A stretch of DNA of 64,000 nt from Lama guanicoe. Lineage: Eukaryota. This document shows, one piece after another, positions 1-12,500 of the stretch. The stretch lies in NCBI GenBank assembly GCA_013239625.1, contig MU055609.1:14954375-15018374 (forward strand), read 5' to 3'. Numbering within the stretch: the first letter of the stretch is position 1; each line of letters starts with the position of its first letter. The notes under the pieces are model-generated. The model saw nothing but the letters and a program-made list of their open reading frames with translations, was not told the origin of the DNA and made no database searches. A program made the translations under genes and the position numbers.

Positions 1-403
1 TTTCCCAATCCAATTTAAAAAAATGTGTTCACCCATGAATCCCGGGTCCATTCAAGAGTTCAGCCAGATGACTAGACTTTAAGGCTCAGTTTCAAATTCC
101 TGAGAGGAAGAGCTGTTGCTTGGACTAGCTTTTGCCAGATGTCTGCCCCTGAACAAGTCAACATAGTTGTTGGGGCACAGGGTCATGTACAAACATGTCT
201 GTAGCCACTGTAATCCTGTAAATAAAGGTGTGATAGCAAGTAGGGATACAGTAACACTTCCTAGAAAAGTGGACATAGAGAATTGGGCAGGCCAAATAAT
301 GGCTGTCTGCTCCCTGAGAATAAACAAGGAGGGAGAAGGTGAAGAGAAGGGGTCCAAGGACAGAATACTATCTAACCCAATGCTATCCTATACTTTATTT
401 AAA

Positions 404-604
404 CCAACGCTATCCAAGGGAACTTTCTGCAATGATGGAGATGTTTTGTATTGGTGCTGTTCAATATAGCAGCCACCAGCCACATGTGGCTATTTAGCAC
501 TTGAACACAGTTAATGCAACTGAGCAACTGAATTTTTTTTCATTTGTTTTAATTTTAACTTAAACAACTATGTGTAATTAATGACTATATACTAGACAGT
601 AGAG
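404..604. mobile_element. MER3-like DNA transposon
   Basis: aactttctgcaatgatggagatgtt...gcagccaccagccacatgtggctatttagcacttgaa. Confidence 0.7.
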
Positions 605-3059
605 ATCAGACTGTTGGTCTGCTTGGGAAGACAGCATGGAGTTTTGGCTATAGCATGTGCTTTGGAGATAGCCCCATCTAAGTTCAAATCTCTGCTTCTT
701 GTAAACTGAATAGGTTACTTAACTCCTCTGAGATGTAACAGCGAAAGATGCAAAGGATAGTAAATAATATATGATACCAAAGAGAGAAAGAGAGGGACAA
801 AAAAACTGCAAAGGGACAAAAAGTCGTTTGGATCTGGCAATTAGACTATTAGTGAATTAAAACAGAGAAGAGTTAAAAGCGTCATGGGGTAAGGGCCAGA
901 TCAGCCATTTACATTTTGGACATCTGTTAAGTATCTTTCTTCTGGAGGGAGATTCCAGGAGGGGAGAGATAAGGAACACAAAAAATTTTCTCTAAATCAT
1001 GGTGGCCAGTTGGGGAGCTAAGAACCCAAAGGCATGTCCTGAAGGTACGGCTCCAAGATCAAGCCAGAAAACAGAACCAGAAACAGTCAGCCACAGGGTG
1101 TAGAGCCAACGATGGGGTTGCCTAGACCGAGGAAACTAGAAGGAAAGACCCTCAGAAAATACTTTCATTACATAGTACTTCCTGTGTGACTAGATTGTGA
1201 GCCCTTCAGAGTTCAGGGCCGTGTGCATCTTGGCATCCCCAGCACCTAGGAAGTTTCTGACACCAGACGAGGTGTTTAATTAACATCTGTAGAATGAATG
1301 GGTGCAGATGAACCAGTCCACTCCCCGGTGCGTAGTAGACACTCTAAAAATGTTCAGTTGTCAGAAGGAGGAAACTATACAGTGAGAAGGTGCCAGGGAA
1401 TCCTTCTCGGCTCAGAAACCCTGTTTGTAAGGTCCCTAGCAAATTGCCTGGCACAGAGGGATTGCTCAACAAGTGGTCACAGTGATAATGATTATTACCT
1501 GGGGAGTAAGATTTTGCAGAGTGATCAAGGGAAGCCTTGACAATAATGAGAGCTAACATGTGTTGATCTCATTTAATCCTTAAGCCCACTCAGCAAGATA
1601 GGTTTTATCAGACTGATTTTACTGATGAGAAAACTTAAAGAAGAGATGGAATTTCTCCAAAGTTAGGCAGCTCAGAAACAGCAGGGCTGTTGTTGAATCT
1701 GAGTTTACCTGACTCGAGTCCAGGCTCCAGCAGCAAAGATTTGGGAGGCAGGGAATAGGACTGTCAAAAGAGGAGTTTAAGGAAGGCAGCTCTGGGTTTG
1801 AAATTCACTTCTGATATTTACACATTTACACAAACCATGATGCCTTCTTCCTTCTATGCCCATTACTTGCCTTCTTGGCAAGGTCCTCATCCCTTCTACT
1901 GAGTTCACCTCTAGGACCACCCTTCTGCTCTCTGTCCTGCCCAACCATGTCTACTCTGGTTTGACTCAAGGAAGTAGGAATTGAAATGGGGTCAAAGGGA
2001 GCCTTTTATTTGTTGGTTTGTTTTAGTTTTAAGAAGAGAGACCTTAGAGCAATTTTGTAAACCAAGTATTTCAGTAGACAGATGGAAATTGACAATGCAA
2101 AAGAGAGGAAAGATCTGCAGAGTTAAGTTTTTGGGGTCCTTGGCATAGGTTGGGGAGAGCTTGGCCTCTGATAGGAGCTGATACACTGTGACTTTTCTTC
2201 AGAGCAAAGGACGACAGAGAATATGGGTACAGAAGCAGGAAAATTAGTAAAGGTTAGGATGCTTAAAATCAAAACTAAAGTTTTGCAGCAACTGATGATG
2301 ACATGCTCTAGGGCAATGTTTTTCAAGTTGCAGGTCTTAGCCCATTAGTAGATCATGAAATCATTTAGAAGTCTGCAACAAGCTTAATTTAAAAAAAAAT
2401 TGGATAGAATAGAATTGAAAACTTGAATTAACTGCACATAGCAAGGGTATATACAGTGAAAACTATTGTGAAACTTTTGTTTCTGTTATATATTCAGCTA
2501 TATGTACACTTGTTACACTGTGAAATTTTATTTTTTATTGAGAGTACAGTAAAAAAAATATTCTAAAGCCACTGTTCCAGGATGGGACCATGGGGAGAGT
2601 GGCTGATTCCTAGAACTTTCTTTCTCTTCTAGAGTTTTCCATGGTGTCTGTAAATTGGTCTTGCTTTGTGACCAGTAATAGACGACCTAAGGGGCATGAG
2701 CCTGATCAACTATGGCAGAACTTCCTAAGCAGTGGCTACAGCATGTGGGTTCCATCTGTGCCCAAATATTAATTGCCTAGTCTTCAGGGCTACTCTTTCT
2801 TCCTGAGAAGAAAATCCTGAGATTCACTCTTGGACAGGCCAAGTTGATGTGACCACGCTGAACCAATCATTCTGGCCAGTGGGATTGACTGGCTTAGCCC
2901 TCCTCTACCTTGACGGAGTCAGTTTCCTGGAAACACATGTATGCTGGAAAGGAAATCAGGGGCTGTTGCAAAGGGGGAAATGGAGAAATGAGGTAATCAA
3001 CTAATGTCTGATAGAAATGGCCTTGAAGGTGCCAAAATTCGTTGTAAGTTTCAATAGCA

Positions 3060-3660
3060 TTTATGCTGGTCATTTGCCTATTTGCTCTGAGCTCTACTCT
3101 AGACTTTCCATGCTCGCTTTGTACTGAAGAGGGCCAGGCTCTGAAAGGCCCAGAAAACTACATTTCCCAGACTCCCTTTGCTCGCTGGCTTCCTGTCAGA
3201 TGCAGCAAATGTAAAGTAAGGGTGAGAAATTGGTTGGAGATTGGACGCCTGGAGGAGAGGCGAAGCCAGCCACTTTCTCTCTGCATCCACTGAAGAGTCT
3301 GGCAGCTACCTAGTGGTTATGGACTCAGAGGCCATCGATGTTTCCAGAAGTGTCAATGGTACTGGAGGGGCAGCAGTGGGTAGTGGCAGGTTTCAGTGGC
3401 CTCTGGCAGTTCCTCCAACAGCTTCATGTCAAAAGCAATGTTCCAGTAGAATCAGCAGCAAGTGCACTTCTGGACTAGTAACACCCTTCCATTTGCTCCT
3501 CTAGGCCTGGCGGTCGTAGAAGCTTCTGCAGATCCTAATCTCTTATTTGCCCCACCTTACCCTTTTGCTCCTTCAAGCCAACCAGTTTTCTGAAATAAAT
3601 TATCCCTGTTTGAAATTCCAAGCTCATTCTCCATTTTCTTGTCTTAACCCTGACTGGCAT
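3060..3660 (+). mobile_element. Old ERVL-type LTR (LTR33/LTR16-like)
   Basis: aaaactacatttcccagactcccttt...aaataaattatccctgtttgaaa...accctgactg. Confidence 0.5.
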
Positions 3661-6600
3661 GGCGTTGCTCTGGCCATTAGCTGACTGCCATGACAAATTT
3701 CCCAGGTGTGCTGTTTGCGGTGATACCACAAAAGAAGCACACTAAGTTCTCTGCTGGGGCATTGGGACAGGAGCAAGAGAGACCCTAGAGAAATCTTCCA
3801 ACTCCTTTTCCTTTCTCAGCTACATCATAACTATTAGAACTGTGTGATGGAGAACTTACTGCCTGCCTCCCAAGGTAATTTGACTCCACGTTGTGGCTGG
3901 AAGCGATGGGCTCTGGAATGATGGGGTGGGAATATAGCAATAAGCACAGTTGGCAAAGGGGCCCAAAACAGACGGGCCAGGAAAAGGTGTCCTTGCTGCA
4001 GAGCAGAGTTTAGGAAGGGAGGAGGGGCAGAGACTGTGACCTCTGAGTCTCCTTTTTCAGAGGAGCTGATGGAGGGATGGATCTATGGTTCTCAGCCTTT
4101 CCTGTCTTACTTTCTGCCAAGTGCTCCGTAATGAAAACAAGAAAACTAACTCTTCAAATAGCATTTATCCTGGCCAACACCAGAGGAACTGTTACTGAAT
4201 CCTTACATCTAAGCTGGCTTACTTCTATGGGCTCCTGTTGCTATCCAGGCCACCGGGGGTAGCTAAGTCTCTTGAGGGACTGGAGAGGTAAGATTGTAGA
4301 TGACTCCCCACGGCCTCAGAGGGGCAGCAGGGCCAAGAACACCACTTCTCTCAGAGGGCCCTTGCCACAGCCAGCAGTATTTTGCAAGATGGTGTTAGGC
4401 AAGTCTCACTTAAGTATCATCCAGGCCTGGAACCCTTTGAGATCCAACTCAGCCATCAGCTTGCTCTGTAATCTTGGACAGGTCACTTAATCAAGCTCAG
4501 TCTCAATATTTTCATCTGTTTTACAAAACAATAACAACAAAATTAAAACAAAAAGAAAGAAAAAATATTTTCATCTGTTTTAAAAAGAGCAGAGGGGTCA
4601 TTTTTCTAAAACCTTTAAAAATAAATTGTTTTGAGAGGATGAATGGGATGGGAGAATGATAGGTATTACCCTCTACCCCTCCTTCTCACCCATCCTCCCT
4701 GGGTTTCTGTATCAAATACGATAACAAGTGCAAAAATGCTCTGAAAAGTACAAAGCGCCGTACAAAAGCAAGGAAGTATTATTATCAACATAGTTGTTAG
4801 CTTAGAGAGAGGAAGGTGGGACATAGGCCAAGAGCCAAACAGCTGGAAGGCAGGAACTCTTAACACCAAAAAAGGAAACTTTCTTTGTTCAAATTCTTCC
4901 CGGAGTGGCACTTTCTTTGGAGCAGACCTGGCACTGGAATCCTATGAAATGCTGACATGGGTCCAGGAAAGTGCTAAGGGGGTAGGTAGGGGATTCAGCA
5001 GCCAAAAGTCACTGCAGCAACACCAGCCCTGGTTCCTCAGTTCCTTTGTGATCCAACAAAGGATGCAATGGAAGGGGGAGGTTCAAGTTCAAAGCCAGCT
5101 GTGTGCTGGATCCTCCTACAGATTCTTTAACCCCCTACCAAGCTATCAGGGGAGCCAGGATGTCACAGGCACTCTGTAACAAATACTGAGCTCAGTTGCC
5201 CACAACCTAAGAACCATCCTCGGTATATAGTGTTCAAAGAGGACATTGATCTGGGGAGTGTGGAGTTGATCGGGGGAGGAACTTGAGGCGGGGACTGTGG
5301 TGGGGGGTATAGTCAAACTGAGGCCCAGCGAGGGGCAGAGACTTGCCAAGATAACAAGTCAGGCTCACTGAGCTGCAAGGACCAGAAACGGACCCAATCT
5401 GCTGACCTGTAAAGGAGTTTCTTGTAAGGACTGTCACTGAAATGCCAGCAGGAACAAGGCAGCTCTCTGACTTGCGGCTGTGTTCCTCCTCCCTCTTCTC
5501 ATGCCCTCCCCATCCCCGCAGGGCACTGCCCTCTCTCCCCTCCTACCAGCAGGCTGCCGCTTACTCTTGTCTCTGTCCCTTCTCATCTCACTTTGCACAT
5601 GGCTTCTCTGGCTCAGGCGCGCCCATCTCTGACTTCCCCTCTTCATTTCCCTCTGCCACACGACAATTTCTTTCTGTTTCTTGGTTCAAGAGAGCCCCTA
5701 ATTGGCCTGTCTTGGATTGTGCTGGACTATCAGTTAAAGGTCACCAGCTAATATATGTGATGGTAACGCTTGTCTCTGGGCTGGCCCCGTCTGCGATGTT
5801 TAGAGGCTGGAGGGGCCAAGTGATCTAAAGCATGGCCCCAGCTGGTTTTGTGGCCTGGGCAGCTTTTCTTGTAAGTGGATGTGAGTCTGGTAGGCACTGT
5901 GCCATCACTGGGACCATGTGACTGGAGTCCGAAGCTCCAGATTTCCTGCCCAGAACTTTTCCCATAGGATTTGTCATTTCTTTCCTTGAGTTACGCAGCA
6001 GACAAGTCTCAATGCCTGTTCAACGTCCTCTATGAAGATCTTCCTCCTCCTTCCTCTCCTCCTATCCTTGCCTGCCCCGAGGAACTTATGATACAGTGAA
6101 GATGAAGGCAGGAAAATAATTAGATTATAGCTTTAAGTGTATAAGTGCTTTAGAAGAAGTGTAAACAAAGTCATAATGGCTAGCACTCTGTACCAATCAC
6201 TGCTGATTGCTTTACATACATTTTCTCATTTAATCTTTATGGCTCCCCTGTGAAGTCGGCACCGCATTTTATGCATGTGAAAACAGGCTCAGAGATCAGT
6301 TCCCAGATAACAAACAGCACAGCAGTGCTCTGATGCCAAAGCCTGCTCTGTTAACCACTGTGCTATGTAGACCTTACCATGCAGTTAGAGCACGGAAGAC
6401 CACCCTAGCCTAGGGAGGAGGCAGGGATGACCGAGGAGAGAAGCAGATTTCTAGGAGGAGGTGGTATCTGAGCTGAGCCTTGGAGCAGGAGTGAGCTTCC
6501 AGCAGGCAAATGGGGGTATGGGAGGGTCATCATAAACAGAAAGAGCCACATGTGTGAACAGCACCGATGTGTGAGCAGGGTGCAGGGCCAGGAGCATGTT

Positions 6601-8175
6601 GCATGACCCTGAGAATAAGTGTCTCCCTAAATTTTACTACCCCCCACCCTGCCCCAGTATCTCTCTTGCCCCTCCCTCATCCAAGCCCTGGCAGGGAGTG
6701 TGGAGCTGAGGCAGGAAGGGTTTTAGAAGGACCTGGGAGAAGGCAAATTCAACACAGCCTAAGAGATGCAAATACTACTGTCTGGTTCTCATACTTGAAA
6801 TGGACTCTCAGAGCACATGGGTAGAATCCAAAGTGGAAAATTCAGGAGCAATGAGAATCTTCAAAATAACCACACGAACACCCTCTCTGCCTGGATTCGC
6901 CATGCAGCTTTCCTGCGCTGATTGATGTTCAGCTCTGGTCTGGGGTGTTGCTTCCTCTAAGAAGCATCCGCAGGTCTCCCAGGCTTGCCTTAGGGCACTT
7001 GGGTTATTATTTTGGAATTGCCCTTTGCCTGTCTGTTTCCCCACAGTGGCTTGTAGTAACTGCTCAGTAAAAGAACATCAGATGAAAGAATAACAGATCG
7101 CCTCCAGGGAGCTTCTGCCAGGCCTTTCAGGCCATGTGGGATTTTTTTTCTCTTTTTCTCTGGGGTCCTACCAACCTTCATACTTGGAATCCTACACACG
7201 TTGGAACCAGGAGAAACCTTAAAAATCATCTATCTCCTTCCTCCCACCTTATCCAGATGGGATGATTGTGGTCCAATTTTCATGTATTTGCCGACCATGT
7301 CCATTTTTATGTCTCCCACCACAATTTTGCCTCTGAACTCCAGAATGAATCAGCTGCTTCTTCAGCCCTTCATTTAAGATGCCCCACCATATCTGAATCT
7401 GAACCTATCTGAAACTGGATTCAGCATTGCCTCCAGGCCTGGTCCTCTTCCAGGCTTCCCTGACCTGGCGAAGAACATCACCACCACCACCCTCTGCTCC
7501 CAGGGCCCCAAGGTTGGGAGGCCCCTTGCCACCCCTTCCAGCCTCCCACCACCAATTAAACACCAAGGCCAGTAGATTCTACCACCTAAATCACAAAATC
7601 TCTCCAAATCCTCTTTGCCTCCTTAGTTTAAATGTCCCATAGCTCTCAATGGACCCTTGCAAAAGTCTCCTAATTAGATCCCCCAAATCTGTTCTTTTCT
7701 TGTTCCAATCCATGCTCCTCCCAGCCAGTGACGTTTAGAAAATGTTACTTTCTCTTTTAACTCCTTTGCTGATAGGCTTCCAATGGCTCTTAACTTTTGA
7801 ACAAATTAATAATAACAATTATTATTATTGTTATAGCTAACACTTATGGAAAATTTACCATGTCCTAGGACCTGTTCTAAGGACTTTATATATATTAACT
7901 CATTTAATCCTCACAACTCTAAAGATCCCCAAAATGCAAATGAGGAAACTATGAGGCTCAGAGAGGCAACTTGAGGGCATTTGCATCAGCTCTTACCCCA
8001 TCCTTGACTCTTTGATCTGGTTGACTGCTATTCACACTTTGGATGGGGTATCTTGGGGGGCATTCTAGGACTCCCTTAGGTCAGGCCGTCCTATGACACA
8101 TATTCCCATTTGTAATTATATACTGTTTTGATAAGGGGGTCATTAGATTGGTATCTGCCACCCCAATTGGCTTTA

Positions 8176-8295
8176 TTTGTTTTGCTTTTTAAAAATTTCA
8201 TCTTTATTTCCCTTATTGGAGGCACCGAGAATTTAACTTAGGACCTCGTGCTGGCCAAGCACACACTCTACCACTGAGCTGTGGCCCCCACCTAC
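8176..8295 (-). mobile_element. vic-1-type SINE (diverged)
   Basis: aggacctcgtg...ctctaccactgagct; degenerate TSD ccccaat...ttta at 8161-8175 and 8296-8310. Confidence 0.75.
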
Positions 8296-9439
8296 CCCCA
8301 ATCAGTTTTAAATTCTGTTTTGCTTATTGTCGTGTCTTCACATGTACTCGACATGTAACAAACACTTGCTCAATATTTGTTGAATGGATCAATGAAAAAA
8401 GTTTTCAACAGGAGAGGGGATGTGGTCAGATTTGCTTTAGAAGGATTTGTCTTATGTGAGAGTTTGGAGATGGTGAAGCCACTTCACTGCCAGCAGCTGG
8501 ATTCAAGAGTGCGAGGAAGGCAGTCTGGATGAGGGGAGTGGCCAAGGAGATGGAAAGCAGATAGGAAACCTGGGAAGTATTTAGGAGGTAAATTGGGCAG
8601 GTCCTGATAATTAACTGATTGGAGGTGAGGACGAGGGAGGAGTCAAGAGTGACTCCAGGTTGCTAGCTTGGGCAACTGGTACCTTGACCTCAGGTGGGGA
8701 GCATCTATCTGGGAGGAAGGATGCAGGCAGAGCTGGTCTAGGTGGTCCCTAGGCCCAGCCAACACAAACGTGGAAAAGTTCTCAATATCTTTGTGCCCAA
8801 ATTCCTCCATGCCCAGACTCCAGCTTGGTCCTGTGTATTTGTCCAGCCTCACCTACAACTATCCCAGATTCAGGGCATGTATACCACTGCTCCTCCCTCA
8901 CCCCTACTCTTTCTCCTCGCGAGGGAGCTTGTAGTTCTACCCAACTCCTTTCCTCCTTCCTCAAACTCCATAAGACTCAGCTTCAAGGACAGCTCCTCTG
9001 GGATCCCTCTCCACTCCCTCTACCCCTTCCTGGGATTAACATGTCCTCTAGCTGTTTCCAGGGTTCACCGTATCAGAAATGTTTCTCTGCCTGTCTCTCC
9101 TAATGGCTGATAATTCTGAATTGTCAGCACCTGGGATAAGGCCTGGATCAAGGTTAACCTCAAAAGACTTTGTTTTACTGAATTCTCCCAAGGACTTGGC
9201 TCTCTTACGTTAAGAATGGGCCTAGGAGTCGGACCTGGAATCCCGATGCCACTGCTTAGAGTCTGGACAAGCCACTTCTCTCAAATCCTGTTTCATCTAT
9301 CAAATGGAGATGATAATACAGTGGATCCGCATAGGAAAGTTGTTTAAAGGATCAAAGGAAATATTCTATGTTTAAGTGTTTAGCACAATGCCTGGAACAT
9401 AGTTAGCTTCCTCAAAATTCAACTGTTACTTATGTTAAG

Positions 9440-9745
9440 AAAAATGTTCCCGCTTTAACTTCGGAAGTTGCATAAACTGATCCGAGGATTGCAGTTCCCA
9501 GTATGACCACACGAGAGAAGTGGTGAGCAGCTTCGATGCAGACAGGCTCCGTTGTGCTAAGGCACCTGCTGTGGACCCAGATGGCCCGGCTGGGATTTCC
9601 GGGGCTTCCCGGCCCCTGAACAGGTGGGCGCTGGCCAGGGCGCCGTGGGAGGAGCCTCTGCGATGTACTCGGCCTTGACTCTCACAGCCACGGCCGTCCT
9701 TTCTGTTCATGGCCTTCGTGGCTTAGGGGATGGGCTGGCGGGCCA
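9440..9745. promoter_or_regulatory. CpG-enriched promoter/enhancer-like element ~2.5 kb upstream of RIMS3
   Basis: Retained CpGs, ETS core CGGAAGT (9462-9468), ZNF143-like ATTGCAGTTCCCAGTATG (9488-9505). Confidence 0.45.
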
Positions 9746-10315
9746 GAGAGTGCAAGATTAGAGGGTAACTGGGATGTATCCCTTCCACTTTGTCATTTGT
9801 CTTTCAAACTTAAGTACGAGCACTTCTCTATAGAAGTTTTTATAGTCAATTTTATCGATGTTTTTCCTTTGGCTTCCAGGTTTCATCGTGCTTAGAAAGT
9901 CTTTTTCATCCCCCTAATTGTGAAAAGCGTTCACTGTGTTTTCTTCTAGTACATTATGGTGCTATTATTTAAATGTGAGCTCCACCTGGAGTTTATTTCG
10001 GTGCAGAGTAAGGGCACAGCTCTCTTTTATTTCCCTAAATGACTTGCCAGTTATTCCACTCATTTGTCCAAAGGCCTATATTTCCCCCCATTTACCTGAA
10101 GTGCGATCTTTATCCTACACCAAATTCCCTTGTGTGGTTGTCCATGGCTATATTCCATTTTATTCCACTGATTTCTCTAGGTCTGCTTCAATACCACACT
10201 GCTTTAAATATATTTACTTTATAATATGTTTTAATACCAAGTAAGGCGAATCTCTTTCCATTCCTTTAAAAAATGTTTTTGGTCTCTGCATGTTTATTCT
10301 TCTATATGCACTTAA

Positions 10316-10465
10316 TGAAGTTTATTATTTTTTCTTAAGTTTTTTATTTTTGTGGCAGGGGTGGTAACTACGTTTATTTATTTATATAATGAAGGTACTG
10401 AAGATTGAATCCAGGACCTCATGCATGCTAAGCACGTGCTATAACAGTGAGCTATAATCTCCCAC
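10316..10465 (-). mobile_element. vic-1-type SINE
   Basis: Reverse complement of the same tRNA-like head; TSD CTATATGCAC(T/G)TAA at 10302-10315 and 10466-10479. Confidence 0.85.
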
Positions 10466-11414
10466 CTATATGCACGTAAGAATCAACCAATACCCCTACT
10501 CTTTTCCCCCACCCAGTCCTTCTGGAAGCCAATATGAAGCTTTGGAGCCCCTGAAATTATATGTGAAATATACATCTACATACTTCTCCAGAGGGAAAGT
10601 CTAAGTTTTCATCAGATGTGCAAAGGGACCATGATTCCCAAGGGGGTGGCTAGTTTACATGTCTCTGTGATGGGGCACATACAAGGAGCACAGAGCAATC
10701 TTGATGCCTCCCTTCTCTTCCATGTCTTCACAAGCTCTGCTGTCCCCAACTTTTACGTCCACCATTGTTGCAGCTACTTCCCTCGCCTCTATCTTCACCC
10801 CTCAATCTAATCCTCCTTGCTGCTCCAGAACAACTGTTCTACAGTACACGCCTCAGTTCTAGGCCTGATGTATGTTAGATGATAACAAAAGTTTAGTTAA
10901 TAAGTGAATAAAATCGGGAGTCCCACCTCCACAGCTGGCCAGCTATGGGACCCAGCTACAGGTTCTCCATGTAGTTGGGTCTCAGTTTACTCTTCTCAAA
11001 GACAGGTGAGAAGGAATGAGATGTGGTGAGGGATATGCAGAAGACAGAGTTAGCTATCCCTGGGAGAGTCATTTAATCCCAGTTATTTTTCTTTTCTCCC
11101 CACACCTTTCCACTCCCCATTCACATTTTAATCCATGTCCTCAGCAGGAGACTACTTCTGCCTGCCTACAGCAAACAATTAGGAAGACAGACAGTAATCA
11201 TATGGTCCCCCGTGTAAATGAGTGGAATTAAGAACACTTGGGGCCCCAAAGTGGAATTGACCAGCTGAGGAAGGTTAAGCACGCAAGATGGGGGCAGACA
11301 TGACCCTGGGAGAGACTTTATACAACATCCTCCTGAAGTCCCAGGCTGCCAAGGAACCCAGGATTCAGAGAGCCCATTTGGAAGCTCCATTTAGGCAGAT
11401 GCTAGGTCCTAGAG

Positions 11415-11628
11415 CAGGGCTTCTCAATCTTGGCATTGGTGACATTTGGGGCCTGATTATTCTTTGGTGTGCATGTGTCCTGTGTATTGTGGGATGTTTA
11501 GCATCATCCCTTATCTCTTCTCAGTAGATGCCAGTATCAACCCCCAGCTGTGAAAACCAAAGATGTCTTGAGACGTTGTCCAATGTTCAGGAGTTGGGGG
11601 CAAAGTCATCCCAAGTTGAACACCACCG
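11415..11628. mobile_element. MER20-like hAT-Charlie DNA transposon
   Basis: cagggcttctcaatcttggc...gacatttggggc...tagatgccagta...gttgaacaccac. Confidence 0.75.
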
Positions 11629-12049
11629 CTTTGGGAGAAGAGGTGAGGGGAGGGAGGTTAACTTGGGTCTCAGGGCAGGACACTTTCTACTCCCTTACCC
11701 TCTGTTTGAAAGGGACATCATGAAGTCTTTTTCTTCATAGCAGTCACTTGGGCAAGTTTTTTCTCCTCTCTGGGTTTCAGTTTTTCCATCTGTAAATTGG
11801 ATTTGATGTTTGTAGGTCATTTCCCCTTCTCTCACTGTCTGACATTCCTGGATCTGGTTTAGGGTGTGACGGGGTACCGAGGTGCCAGTGACATCCTGCG
11901 AGGTCCCCCTGAGAGAAGGAAGAAGAGAAAGAACAGAGGTGGAGGTGGAGGTGAAGAGGGAGGGCAAGCATGAGCAGGAGTGTTCTGGAGACAGCGAGAG
12001 GCTTGGGGCTTTCTCTCCACCCTGCCCCTTGGATGTCTTATAACGGTAG

Positions 12050-12500
12050 GTCGCCCCCAACCAGGCAAACTCAGACTCCCCAGATTCCCCTAGGCCCCGC
12101 CCCAACCACAGGCCCCGCCCATGAGAACTGTGGCGGCTGCGGAGCCGGCAGCGCAGGCGGGCGGAGCAGAGCTGCCCGGCCCGGTGGCGGGCGATGCCCC
12201 CGTGAGCCTCTCTCGCCGCCCCTCCCCGCCCCGCGCCCCTGCCCCTCGGAGTACGCCGCGTGCCTGGGACCGGGCCGCGCCTACCGCCGGGTCCGCGGGG
12301 CGGGGTCCGGGGCAGCACCTGCCCCGCCTTGCGGAGCCGCCTTGGCCAGGGGAGACCCTTCCCTGTCTGGACCCCAGCCCCACCTCCGGGTGAGTCAGTA
12401 GGCCTCGCTGGCCTGGGGGTGGACGTGGGGAGGGGGCTGCCGAGCTCTGCAGGACCACGGGGCGGGGGAGGGGTCTCCGGTCGTGAGGCGCCACGTAGGG
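12050..12500 (+). promoter_or_regulatory. CpG-island promoter of RIMS3 with two Sp/KLF GC boxes
   Basis: Dense CpG and very high GC; AGGCCCCGCCC at 12092-12102 and 12110-12120. Confidence 0.85.
12125..12389 (+). other. RIMS3: RIMS3 non-coding exon 1 (start approximate)
   Basis: Lies in the CpG island just downstream of two GC boxes; consensus donor CCGG|GTGAGT at 12389/12390. TSS is inferred, not observed. Confidence 0.65.
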
